Of a stretch of 64,000 nucleotides of DNA, positions 12,064-23,845 are shown piece by piece. Source of the stretch: Cetorhinus maximus (lineage: Eukaryota). Where the stretch lies: positions 144,274,001 to 144,338,000 of the forward strand of contig NC_135884.1 of the NCBI RefSeq assembly GCF_964194155.1, given 5' to 3'. Numbering within the stretch: position 1 is the stretch's first letter; each line of letters starts with the position of its first letter. The translations under genes were made by a program, and so were the position numbers. Below the pieces are notes generated by a model. That model saw only the letters and a list, made by a program, of their open reading frames with translations, was not told where the DNA came from and did not search any database.

Positions 12064-12311
12064 TTTCTTGCTACCCTGAAGCGATGGATACAATAGTGAA
12101 TGTATCATTGTGCTACGGAAACCCCTCGAAGCAACATCTTGTTGTAGGTGGCTGAGAACATATAGCTGGAACCTAGTAAAACCCGCCCAAATTCAAAAAC
12201 TGACAATCCTGGCAGAGAATGGATATTTTGTCAGAAGTTGAACTAAAATCATTTTTAAATGATACAGATTTAGTTCTCAATAACCACACTGATGTTGAGG
12301 AATGCACCCAA

Positions 12312-12945
12312 ACATAGAATTGTTACAGTGCGGAAGGAGGCCATTCAGCTCATTGTGTCTGCACCAGCTCTCCAGATGAGCAATTCACCTAGTGCCATTC
12401 CCCCACCTTCTCCCTGTAACCCTGCACATCCTTCCTTTTCAGATAACAATCTAATTCCATTTTGAATGCTTCTGTTGAATCTGCCTCAACCACACTCTCA
12501 GGCAGTGCATTCCAGATCCCAAACACTCACTGCGTGAAAAAAGATGTTCTCATTTCGCTTTTGCTTCTTTTGCAAATTACTTTAAATCTCTGCCCTCTTG
12601 TTCTTGATCTTTCCATGATTGGTAACAGTTTCTCCCTACCTACTCTGTCCAGACTCCTCATGATTTTGAATTCCTCCATCAAATCTCCTCTCAGTCTTCT
12701 CTTCTCTGAGGAAAACAGTCCTAACTTCTCAAAGCTATTTTCATAAGTGAAGTTCCTCATTCCTGGAGCCATTCTTATGAATCCTTTCTGCACTCTCTTC
12801 ACATCCTTCCTAAAGTGTGGCACCCAGAACTGGACATAATACTCCAGCTGAGGCCGAGCTAGAGTCTTATACAAGTTCAACATAACCCCCTTGCTCTTAT
12901 ACTCTGTGCCCCTATTAATAAAGCCTAGGAAGCTGTGTGCTTTAT
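12312..12945 (-). mobile_element. CR1 LINE 3' fragment
   Basis: ORF 12527..13036(-): LYKTLARPQLEYYVQFWVPHFRKD...LGLFSSEKRRLRGDL, the typical CR1 ORF2 C-terminus, plus 3' UTR. Confidence 0.92.
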
Positions 12946-12954
12946 TGCTGACTT

Positions 12955-13075
12955 GTGCACACACACACACACAATTACTGACACTCGCATGTGCACGCAC
13001 ACAATTACTCACAATCGCGCGCTTGCACACACACAATTACTCACTCACACCATCACGTACACACAAACAAACAAA
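12955..13075. repeat. CA-rich minisatellite (three units containing cacacaattact)
   Basis: acacaattact recurs at about 12969, 12999 and 13031 among (CA)n. Confidence 0.8.
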
Positions 13076-13129
13076 CCTGTTCCTTATTCTCGACTCCCCA
13101 AAACACAGACGATGATCTGTTTTAATCAT

Positions 13130-13402
13130 GTTAGTTGTGGGATAAATACTGTGGCCAGGACACTGGAGAGAATTCCTTGGCTCTTAATAGTGGCCATGGG
13201 ATCTTTTACTTTCAGCTGAGAGGGCAGACGGGGCCTCAGTTTAACATCTCATCCAAACGACAGCACCTCCGACAGTGTAGCATTCTCTCAGTACAGCACT
13301 GCGAATGCCAGCCTGGATTTTGTGCTCAAGTCTCTGGAGAGGGACTGAACCCACAACTTCCTGACTCGGAGGAGAGAATCTTACCCACTGAGTCACAGCT
13401 TA
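13130..13402 (-). mobile_element. SacSINE1-like SINE, 5' half
   Basis: ggccaggacactgg...gccatgggatctttt...ctgactc...actgagtcacagct, homologous to 9890-10152. Confidence 0.85.
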
Positions 13403-13757
13403 CCTTATCAAAATCTGTCATTATTGTGAACACCTCTATCAGATAGTTTCTCTGTTGTAATGAAATTAGGTCCAGTTTCTCTCATTTCTGCGAACACTGT
13501 CGCATTAGGTGCCCCCCTCCCCCGATCCAGCATATCAGCTATGTTGGACAGGATGGGGCCCTGGGGCACCAACTCAAGGCAGGATTGGATTCTTAGAAGG
13601 GAAGACACTCTGTACCAGCACCATCCCTGGTCACACATACTTAGCACTTAGCTCAGCAACACTCTGCCGATGCAGGTTATGTGTGCAAAGGAAGGGGTAG
13701 CTGAGGAAAACTAGATTAATGATACACCCTTGCCCCCTCCCAAATCCCTCAAGAAAC

Positions 13758-13955
13758 AATATTTTTCTCATATAAAAACAGAAAACGCTGGAAAAACTCA
13801 ACAGGTCTGAAGAAGGGTCATACGGACTCGAAACGTTAACTCTGTTTCTCTCTCCACAGATGCTGTCAGACCTGCTGAGTTTTTCCAGTATTTTCTGTTT
13901 TATTTCAGATTTCCAGCATCCACAGTATTCTGCTTTTATCTTAATATTTTTCTTA
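13758..13955. mobile_element. PLE terminal mini-palindrome with hammerhead and 13-bp TSD
   Basis: TSD aatatttttctca / aatatttttctta; short minus arm 13772-13810; plus arm 13807-13940. Confidence 0.85.
13807..13841 (+). ncRNA. Hammerhead ribozyme with canonical CUGANGA core
   Basis: CTGAAGA-a-gggtc(atacg)gactc-GAAACGTT-aact; the 5' strand of stem I is replaced by the inverted arm. Confidence 0.75.
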
Positions 13956-14084
13956 GCTTAATTTTAATAAGGGGGTTCCTAATGGAAGGTCTGACTTGTT
14001 TCCCTTCTTTCATTTCCCTTTCAGTTTTTTTCTTTTGCCCTTACCCTTCATTTGCTGAAGGTGATTCCCTCATGTTGGGATATA

Positions 14085-14392
14085 TCTGTCTTTCAGGTGA
14101 ATGTCAAATTGAAGCCTTGTCTGCCCTCTCTGGTGGACATAAGAGATCCTGTGGCTGTATTCTGAGGAAATTCTGCCCAGTGCCCCGGACAATAATTATT
14201 CCTCAACCAATGCTTATAACAAATGATCTGGTCATTAGCACATTGCTGTTTGTGAGAGCTTTCTGTGAGCAGATTGGCTACCTAGCTTTCCTGTCAGATT
14301 TTCCGCACTACAACAGTGTTCTTCCAAAAGTACCTCATTGGCTGTAAAGCGCCTTGGGACATTCTGAGCAGGAGAAAGGCATGATATCAGTA
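14085..14392 (+). mobile_element. SacSINE1-like SINE, degraded
   Basis: gatctggtcatt.gcacattgctgtttgtg...aagtac.tcattggctgtaaagcgccttggga. Confidence 0.8.
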
Positions 14393-14933
14393 GCATGTCT
14401 TTCTGCCTTTCTAATTTCACTTGTAAAGTTGATCTCCTGGCATCCTGCAAGAAATTCTTCAGGCATGAAGCTGGACAGCCAGTGTGGGTTTGTGTTCAAT
14501 TATAGGAGTGTTCACAAGCCATCTTTGATACCCATCTACATACTCTCCAGCAGGATGGTCATGACTCAGATCAACACTCAGGAACAATGGCTATTATTTT
14601 TCCCCCTCCATCTTAAACTGTCAGGTACTCAGGCTAGTTGTTCTAGCCCTATTGCTATCCTGGTGAAACTCTTGTAGCAAAGATGCTATATTTGGAAACT
14701 GGGCTGGAAATGTTGCAGCTTCAAGCGATTCTTCAGAAAAAATTAAAAATTTTTAGACCCTTTTATGTATTTCAATTCATTACGGCATGTATATATTTTA
14801 TAAGGCCTTTGTACATATTGCTTGCATGGTTCTTGGGATAGAAATACTTTCCATACATTAGATCTCTTAGTTGTGATGCATTGGGAGCAATACAAGTTTA
14901 AAATCTTGACACAATTGTTATAATCCCAGCTGA

Positions 14934-16256
14934 TGTTACCACTGGACAAGTCAGATGCCTGGTTGGAACCTGGCTTGACAGATCCTAATAACTTTTATTT
15001 TTTGTTTATAAATGTGGAGGGCAGCTACTGAAGAGTCACAGGAATCTGTTGATGAACTTTTAACAAAAGAATGAAACATTTATTAAACAAGAAAAAGATG
15101 AACTATATGACACCACGTCTTCACCCACAGCCATACCTTTAGAGATATATACAGATTTGTAAGGATAACACAAGCAACAAAATCTATCTCATACTCTAAT
15201 GTTCATAGTAAGTATATGGCCCATGTAAACCAATAGGCGACCTGTGGTCGGACACACCACACTCCAAGATCAAGTGACAGATGCTACCCAAAGCAGATGC
15301 TATGGACCTCTCATCAACTACCCTAGACTCTCGTCACACTGTAAGCCAACTGGTCTCACGGAAACTCTGCCTTTGACATGAGGGTTTCCAATCTCCACTC
15401 TTGAAGAATTCGCCTTGGAATCTTCTCCCAAACGATGCTTTCTCTCAGACGTCTTCAACAAGGATCCACTTTCAGGGTTTTGATCTCTCTTTCCAATGTT
15501 CCTCTCTCAGGATCACCACATTCATTCAAGCTTCACCCTCCACGCTATCTCTCAAATACTCAGCCATGCCAACAGAACACCACTGATTCACAGGCCCATA
15601 ATAAGGAGTCACCAACCTTTGGCTGTCTCCTCGGATCTTCTGGCTTCTCGCAAGCCCATTGTGTTCCAAGTCTGCTCCCTGTAGCTCTGTTTTTTAAGTT
15701 GGAGCCTTTTCCCTTGCTCCACACTCTTAACTTCACTTAACAGGACCTTTTCCAGATTCCTGTTCTTCTCCTTTGACTAGAAAGTTTTCTTGAGACTCCC
15801 TTTTTCTTCCACTCCCTGGTTTTGGGACCTTTCTTCTTTGTTCTGAGACCTTCCTGTCTTCACCCTGGTGCATCCACATACCAACTGAACTAAAACTGCT
15901 TTCTGTTTGCCCCTGCCTCTGTGTGGGTCTCTCTCTCTGGACCCCTGTTGCTAGGCAACAGCACAGTTTTTTTTCAACCTTGTGTTTGTTTTAACTTCTC
16001 TAAACTACTAACCCCTTTGGTAACACAGCTCTTCACTTCAAGAGTCGTAAAACTTCATTAAAAATGCAGGTACATAGACAGGGCTTCAAACTTGCCAGCT
16101 CCATCTCACAGAGAAAAACTCTGAATGAAACTAGACCCAGGTTTCACCGTTTTAACATACACAAAAAATATATAAATTAAACTTAAAGCTATAGCATATT
16201 CTTCACACCCACAAATACAAATACAAATTACTTAAAACTATCTCTAGTTCCTAATG
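14934..16256. mobile_element. Probable solo LTR (~1.3 kb)
   Basis: Starts TGTTA; non-coding with LTR-like composition (aaacatttatt, CT-rich blocks); right end imperfect (cctaatg); flanks ctga/ctgt. Confidence 0.45.
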
Positions 16257-16538
16257 CTGTTCATTTGTTCTCAGTCCTTGGGACTATGTTGTGCTGGGGA
16301 ATAAACGGGCCCTCCTGCTTATTTGTCCTATTGTTGGTGAGGATCACCACCCTTCCCTATCTATTGGTGGGTCAAACAGGTTATATTTGCCAACAAAAAC
16401 ATGCATAAGAGAAAGATAAACACCCTGCACTTTTAAAATCGAATCTATTCATTTAAAAAACTACTGTATGTATAAGTGTTATGCCTGCCTTTTTATAGAA
16501 GGAACTGCTACTCTCAGTTCTCTGCCATTTTTAATTGT

Positions 16539-17205
16539 GGGCAGAATTTTCCATTCGGCACGCGGGCTTGAGTTCAACACGCCAGAACATAATATGACAC
16601 GCGATGATGTTGGGTGTGCGTCCTGACATCATCGCGCTGTCTTGTGATATTTCGTTCGGCGGGCGTGCGCCGAAGTCGGCTGCGCGCCCGCCAATAATTG
16701 AAAGGCCTATTAAGGCCATCAATGAACTAATTAATTTCAAATTTACGTTGCCCGTCCAACCTAACGGTTGGCTGGCAGGCGAAAAGGCCAGGCGGCCTTT
16801 ACATTTTTTAGGAAACCTCATCCATGAGCGGGATGATGTTTCCTAACGCTATTACAACTTAAATAAAAACTTTCTTTGAAAGATAAAACATGTCCCATCT
16901 CATGTGACACAGTGTCATGTGACTAAATTTTTACTCTATTTTTTTAACAATCGCTTCAATCTCCCTGAGGCAGCTCCGTGCCTCGGAGATTGAAGCACTC
17001 TTTCGCACGCATGCATGAAAGAGCACTGGACCCCACTCTCACTCCTCCCCCCGCCTGCACAGGTAGCGCTACCGCTCACGATCCACGCTGGGCAGGCCTT
17101 AACTGGCCCACCCGTGTGAAATCGCGGTGTGGTGCCGATCTTGGGCGGCGGTTGGCTCTGTGACCGCCCCTGCCAAGCTCGCCCGACCAATGAAAACTCC
17201 TGGCC
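16539..17205 (+). mobile_element. Harbinger-derived MITE with 3-bp TSD TGT
   Basis: tgt|gggcagaattttcc ... gaaaactcctggcc|tgt; colinear with 4949-5584. Confidence 0.88.
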
Positions 17206-17289
17206 TGTGTTTCAACCTTTGTAAAGCATGTTGGCTGTAACCTAACAGAACATTTGGTGCAAGTTACAGTGCAGGATGATGTCCTCTCC

Positions 17290-18036
17290 ATCTAACAGTA
17301 TTGTAGCCTCTTGTGCATCCTTGACTTTCTCCACCATTGCTGGCTGTGCCTTCAGCTGCTGAGGCCCTAAGCTCTGAAAATCACTAACTAAGTCTCTCTG
17401 TACCTCTACTTCTCCCCCCTCCTTTAAGAGGCCTATTAAACCTACCTCTTTGGCCAACCTTTTGATCTTTTTTCTGATCTCACCCCTTCAGGCATAAACT
17501 TTGCTGGGGTGGCCGGTTTTCTTGGGCAGCATCACAGCCTGGATGTTGGGCAGGACCCCACCCTGGGCTATGGTGACCCTTCCCAGCAGCTTGTTGAGCT
17601 CCTCATCGTTGTGGATGACGAGCTGCAAGTGGCGGGGGATGATGCGGGTGGTCTTGTTGTCCCGGGCCGCGTTGCCAGCCAGCTCGAGGATCTCGGCCGT
17701 CAGGTACTCCAGGACGGCGGCCAGGTAGACAGGGGCTCTGGTCCCGACATGCTCAGCATAGTGACCCTTGCGCAGCAGCCGGTGGATACAGCCGAAGAGG
17801 AACTAGAGACCGGCTCTGGAGGAGTGAGTCTTGGTCTTGGTATACCCTTTGCCTCTGGTATTACCGCGACCAGACATTCTGTTGTTGCTCCTGCTGAAAG
17901 TCTTCACCATGGTTCCCTCTCCTAATATCTCCTTAAGTGGCTCATTGGCAAATTATATTTGATAATTGCTCCTGTGAAATTCTATGGGCAATATACTATG
18001 TTAAAGTTACTATGTTTATAAATGCGAGTTATTGTT
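17290..18036 (+). mobile_element. L2-type LINE 3' end, split by the H2A copy
   Basis: gccttcagctgc..ggccctaagctctg...aaacctacctctttggccaaccttttg stops near 17465 and resumes near 17910 with cctaatatctcctt...tataaatgcgagtt. Uninterrupted homologues at 46230-46630 and 20150-20430. Confidence 0.75.
17488..17877 (-). pseudogene. H2A: Histone H2A pseudogene (intronless, full length, premature stop)
   Basis: [128 protein letters not shown]; TAG in place of Gln at codon 25 (17803-17805). Confidence 0.96.
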
Positions 18037-18279
18037 GGTGAATCTCCATGGTGTATGAATTAGAACTGAATGTGACCTGGAGCAAGAAGTAAACTTTTCT
18101 TAGCTGTGCCAAATATTGATTGCAGTTATTTTATGTTTAATCTAAATGAATACCCTTTTACAACTTTGGAAAATTGCAAACAATTCAGGAAATATGGAAG
18201 ACTAATCCAAGCAAACAAACAGCTATGAAATGCAGATCGCAGCACACTAGATTAATAAAATTTGAGATATAATCAAGAT

Positions 18280-20120
18280 GATTGATATGATATATCTTGT
18301 AGAAAGCATTTGCTAAGGTTCCTCCCTAGAATCTTATGGTCAGAGCAAAGGATTCAGAACTGAGGAAAAGTTGTAAATTGGTTTATTGATTAGTTGGATA
18401 ATGGGAAACAAGAGTACTTAACAATGATAATAGGTCAGGTTAGTCAACTGTGAACATTGAAATTGCTCAGGAATCTTGCTATCTTTTTTACATCCTCAAA
18501 CTCTTTCAATAAACTTGCAGGACATAATTTGCTTGGCAAAGATGCTTGCTGTTCTTGTAAGGACCTTAACAGAGTTGTAAGTAGTTTGTGATTGTAAAAG
18601 TTTGCAATTGAGCCACTAGTATTGCACTTCAAGGAGATTGCTGTTCTTTATAGAGGTTTACAGGTGCTTGGTACCTTATGAGATGCCTGTAATTATAGCT
18701 CATTATGCGTTATTATAATAGTAATGGTTACATAAAAGTTAATGAGAATAGAAAATATGATGTGTAAAATGAAATGAATAAAAGGTGAACCGCTTGACCC
18801 AGTGTTAGTAGCATCTGGTTTCTGTTACCAAGTCAAAAACAGTATGTTAAGATGTATGGAGGGACTCAGAGAGAATATGTTAAGAAAGTATTATTGATAT
18901 TCTTTTTAAAATGTGTTATATAGAATATTAATTTATAATGTCATCGACTGGACACACAAATATTGGACCTTTTGAAAAGCACTCTTTTTGCTAAGTAAAG
19001 GGCACTGGTCTACAGCACTATGTTGCATTTGTGAAGGACACAGCTGCTTTATGGACACAACAGAGTTCACAGAGCTCTCAGAGGCAATGACTGAGATAAG
19101 CCCAGATCGAAACAGAGAGAGGTCTTGCGACCCAGCTTGTGGGTGAAATATACTGGATTTGAACTAACAGTCAAAGAGACTGCCACAGGAGCAACAGCCT
19201 TACACCATTTATCTTGTTCTCTGAAACCTCTCTCATCAAAGTTGAGATGTCTGTATTTTGAAAACCTACCAGAAGACCTCATTGCTGCAAACCAAGAGTT
19301 CTTAAAGGAAGATTCCAAATCAACACCACTGTCTCCAAGAGAAAAGAGAATCAACCAGCCACTACTATTCCAGTGAGAAACCCAAGTAACACCAGCTACT
19401 GTGGAAAGTGAACGTTCAGCTGTAAACAAGGATCCGGACAATCCATGAATAATTTTTTTCCTGACTTTACTTTTTACTTGGGCACGTTTTAAGATCTGAT
19501 ACTCTGAGAATTTTTTTTTTTTGCATGCTGGAAGTTGTGTGTGTTGTGTTTTTGCATTAGTGGGTAGTTGGACATATTTGTACATTTTAAACTATTTAAT
19601 AATAGATATATATATAGAGAGAGAGTTTCCAATATCACCTTTTTAAATTCAGACTCTGTTATGGCAAACCCAGGAGTGAGACAAAGAAAGGAGTCAGTTC
19701 ATCCCTCTTAACCTGATCTTAACAATATAATATGGAACCTTCCTTACACCATGCTTCGAGTATTGTGTCAAGTGTTGATCACTGTACATATAATGGTGAA
19801 CAACAAAGAGGCTCGGAGAGCAAAGGCAAGGTAACACATAATCCATGTTTCTTTAAATGGTGAAGGAAATTGATGGAATGAGTCTGAAAGTGCTTTGTGT
19901 AAAACTGGGAAATGTGATTATAAACTGTACAAAATATCTCAGGCTAAGCTCAATGTAAGGAGTAACTCCTTTTCATTTAGAGTTGTTAATTTGAGTTGGA
20001 ATAGACTGGCATCTGTCATAGGGAACATGGATTCTATAGAAGCATCTAGAAATAAAGAGAGGGTGTTGGAAGGTGAAGATGGTCAGTGTGAGTTACCTAA
20101 ATAACAGATCAAGCATTATG
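18280..20120 (+). mobile_element. Ancient CR1-like LINE remnant interrupted by a probable LTR
   Basis: KAF.KVP-like at ~18303, LEYCV-like at ~19755, FSFRVVN..WNRL at ~19970. Confidence 0.55.
18914..19724. mobile_element. Probable solo LTR (~810 bp)
   Basis: TGTTA...TAACA inverted termini; lies between two colinear parts of a CR1 remnant; no clean TSD. Confidence 0.55.
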
Positions 20121-20149
20121 GGCAAACGTGTTTTCCTTATTCCTACCTT

Positions 20150-20437
20150 ACTGTTCTCTATCTCTGTACCCTCCTCCAACTCTCCTAGATACTTCAATGC
20201 TGATGTCTTGCAAGTACCCAATTTACTTTACTCTATCATCAGCAGCCATGCCTTCAGTTGACTAGACCCTACGCTCTGAAATTCCTGCCTTAAACCTTGC
20301 CTCAGTTAATTCTCTACTTAAAATCTACATCTTTGGCCCAGCTTTTGGTCACCTGTCCTAATATGTGGCTCTGTGTCAAGTTAAGTCTGATTAGGCTCCT
20401 GTTAAGCACCTTAGAACATTTTGTAAGTTGTTGTTGT
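20150..20437 (+). mobile_element. L2-type LINE 3' end
   Basis: gccatgccttcag...gcttttggtcacctgtcctaatatgtggctc...gttgttgttg. Confidence 0.75.
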
Positions 20438-21101
20438 GCGTTCAGTTTGTCAAAAATTTACAAACTACCTGTGGTTCTGTATTTAGATATTTCTTTTGAG
20501 TAAAATATTATCAATTCCTTCTTAAAATGATATTGTTGCTTTTCAATAAGTGTGCTAATTAATCGCAACATTATTGCTGAGGTATTAACAGCATTATTCA
20601 ATAATAAGAGCTAGTGGACACTTAAAATTTATGCAGCTCTGTTTTTTTCTTAACTAGGTCCTGCTAAAGTGAAAACATAGGCTGGAATTTTCCAGCACCC
20701 CCCCGCCACCCCCACCCCACCACCAACCTTGTGGCAGGCCATAGTTGCTGTGTTTATTCCTTGATGGGCACGCAGTTTGCTAAACAGTAGAGTTACAAAA
20801 CACCAGTAGGGCCATTAAATTAAAGTGTCACTGTGTGAAAATTCCACATGAAGACAGAAACATTTTCAATGCAAACTAATTTCACTTGTGATGGCTGACA
20901 GAGGCTAACAATAAGGTGTTTTTTTTTAAGTCAGAAACCCTGTGTGGGAAAGGCTGGATGGACCAAAGAGTTCTTACCTGTTGGCTATTATTCATATGTT
21001 TGTGTTAACTTGACTGCTACTGTTATATTTTGAATAACTCAAATTTAGAAGTATTAATAGTTGCTACACTGTAGATACATTACAATAAACGTATTAATGC
21101 A

Positions 21102-21353
21102 TTAAGCTGGAGCATGGAACAAAAACAGAAAATGCTGGAAAAGCTCAGCAGGCCTAACAGCAGCGGTGGAGAGAAGAAAAACACAGAGTTAACGTTTCGA
21201 GTCCTTAAGAAGAGTCATAAGGACTCGATACGTTAACTTTGTTTTTTTTTCTCTCCACAGATGCTGTTAGACCTGCTGAGTTTTTCCAGCCTTTTGTGTT
21301 TTTGTTTCAGATTTCCCGCATCCGCAGTAATTTGTTTTTAAGTTGGAACATGG
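21102..21353. mobile_element. PLE terminal mini-palindrome with 16-bp TSD
   Basis: TSD ttaagctggagcatgg / ttaagttggaacatgg; the arms meet at hammerhead halves (gttaacgtttcgagtcc | aagaagagtcataaggactcgatacgttaac). Confidence 0.88.
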
Positions 21354-23031
21354 GGTTTTCAGCCAAAAGTGACTGTGTGGTTGGGAGGGTGGATCGTTCC
21401 CTAACACATGCAGGAAAAAGAAATAGGATTTTTAAAAAGTTTTTTGTAAAGTGTTTTCAGATGTAGTAACATCGTTTCTGTAGAGGGCTCTGACTTGTTA
21501 GAGATTAAATAAGCCACTAATGAGGTTTATAAAGGAACTGCCAACCTATAATTTTTTAAAGAAATTTACGATTTTTATACCAAATCTCTTTTTTTAAAGA
21601 GCTTGCCTCATGATTTATGAGATGGTTAGGTCGACATTACTTGCTTATCCTCGCTTGTACAGCACGCACAGAAATATAAATAACACTTACGATTTTGGTG
21701 AAGCTTAGGTTTTTCTTTTCTTCCCCTGAAATTATTATTTTAGTATATTGTTCCATTCCAAAATCTTAGATTATTATCAGTGGTCCATTATTTTTTTTCC
21801 CATACAGTAAGCACTGCATTCCTGAAAGAGCCCCTAACTGAACTGCACTGAAAGACCTGACAGGGTTAGGTTTTTGTGATGGCGCATTCCAGCTGCTGTC
21901 TCCTCAGAGTTTCGGCAGCTGTCAGTGTTGTTAATGGCAGTAAATTTATGCCTAAATTTCTGATGGCTGCAGCACATTGCTAGTTCAGAACAGTGTCTCC
22001 AATCCCCATCAGAGAGGAGACGTGAACCTGCGAGTGACACTGTGTTTATTACCAAACCACAGAGCAAGAACATGTTGATGGAATCTCTTAATGAGGAATT
22101 AAGTAACTTTGCAGAAGCTGATGTTGTGACATTTATGTTTGGGGATTTGCACCCGCTTCCACCACCCCCCCATCCCCCAGTGAAATTTTCTGGAGGAGAA
22201 AATGTTAATATTTAACAGAGGGTATAATAAAAAAGAGGCGGTAGGTAGAAGGGATTACTATGCACAGAGCAGTATGTACCCTGATCCTGGACTAATTCCA
22301 ATCCGCCTACAATTTTCAGCGTAACTAATCACTTTTTATTCATTCTCATTACAGCCTATAGAAAATCCCATTTAGCAAATGTTGAATTGATGCAAGTGTA
22401 CACAGTTCCCCCAATGCTTTCTAAGGTTCAGTACATTGAAAATTGCCAATCTGTTGCCAAACCTGTTCAAGTAAATTCTTGACTTTCCTTAACCTCCTGT
22501 CTTACCCTTTTCATCGTGGTGATGGACAGTATTACAAGTCCTAGTCTTTCGTTTGGAGTACTCATTACAAACATATGAACATACATATTAGGAGCAAGAG
22601 TAGGCCACTCAGCCCCTTGAGCCTGTGCAGCCATTCAATAAGATCATGGCTGATTTGATTGTAACCACCTGCCTATCTGCGATAACCTTTCACCACCTTG
22701 TTTATCAGGAATCTATCTACCTCTGCCTTAAAAATATTCAAAGACTCTGCTTTCACTGCGTTTTGAGGAAGGGAGTTCCAAAGACTCACTACTCTCTGAG
22801 AGAAAAAAATTCTCCTCATCTCTGTCTTAAATGGGCGACCCCTTACTTTTAAACAGTGACCTCTAGTCCTAGATTCTCCCATAAGAGGAAACATCTTCTC
22901 CACATCCACCCTGGCAAGACCCCTCAGGATCTTAAAGATTTCAATCAATTTGCCTCTTACTCTTCTAAACTCCAGTGGATGCAAGCCTAGCCTGTCCAGC
23001 CTTTCCTCATAAGACAACCCGCCCATTTTTT

Positions 23032-23598
23032 TGTCCCAGGTGCTGTTCACAACGGGCAGGGTACAGTCCGTAACCAACCAGCCCGTGCTTGCAAAACACC
23101 GTGTCCAACATTAGATGTGTTTCTGCGATTGGACAACATTTGCTAAATAATCCTCAATGTGCTATGAATTACACTGACAACCAATTTAAGATTGTCAGTC
23201 AGTCTCGCAATGTGGCAAATTTGCGTGTATTGGAAATTACATATATCAATACACAGGGCCCTGTTCTTTACAGACAGAAAGAACATGTACATACATTGTG
23301 TCTGTTTCAGCTAAACAAAATAAGTGACAGCCATTCACTGACACATTTCTCCGGGCAGTGCCTTGACCAATCAGAGTCAAGTCGACTGGTTTAAATTTCA
23401 AACAATGCTTAGCAGCTTAGCTTAACTGTCAGTCACCATCAGTGCATTCTCCATGGAAATGCCACTTGCCAACCAATCAGCAGTCTCTTCATATACAGTA
23501 TAAGTTGTTGTTTTCCCCCTTATATTAGTATTCTTGCGAGTGTCCTGTTAAGTGCAAGATGAAAAGCTTCGACATGCCTCTCTTATTTTAGCAATGCA
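23032..23598 (+). mobile_element. Second PLE family 3' fragment (GIY-YIG C-terminus, UTR, hammerhead)
   Basis: SAIGQHLLNNPQCAMNYTDNQFKIV...LRVLEITYINTQGPVLYRQKE resembles the end of a PLE GIY-YIG domain; HHR-like motif downstream. Confidence 0.8.
23541..23574 (+). ncRNA. Degenerate minimal type I hammerhead (family 2)
   Basis: tgtc-CTGTTAA-gtgcaagat-GAAAAGCTTC-gaca: stem I tgtc/gaca, palindromic stem III AAGCTT, UUC site; the core carries substitutions. Confidence 0.6.
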
Positions 23599-23599
23599 T

Positions 23600-23845
23600 T
23601 TTTAAAATTTGTTCATGGGATGGGGGCGTCGCTGGCTAGGTCAACATTTGTTGCCCATCCCTAGTTTCCCTCGAGAAGGTGGTGGTAAGCTGTGTTCCTG
23701 AATCGCTGCAGTCCATGGTGTAGGTAGACCCACAATGCTGTTAGGAAGGGTTTGGACCCAGTGACAGTGAAGGGACGGCAGTATATTTCCAAGTCAGGAT
23801 GGTGAGTGGCTTGGAGGAGACCTGCCAGGTGATGGTGTTCCCATG
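23600..23845 (-). mobile_element. 3' end of LINE family B
   Basis: Homologous to 6028-6290 and 27075-27330. Confidence 0.85.

Noticed and set aside
17501-17925. ORFs 17509..17925(+) and 17501..17728(+)
   Set aside because: Antisense shadows of the GC3-rich H2A pseudogene.
19067-19585. 172-aa ORF
   Set aside because: No recognisable domain; it lies within a probable solo LTR.
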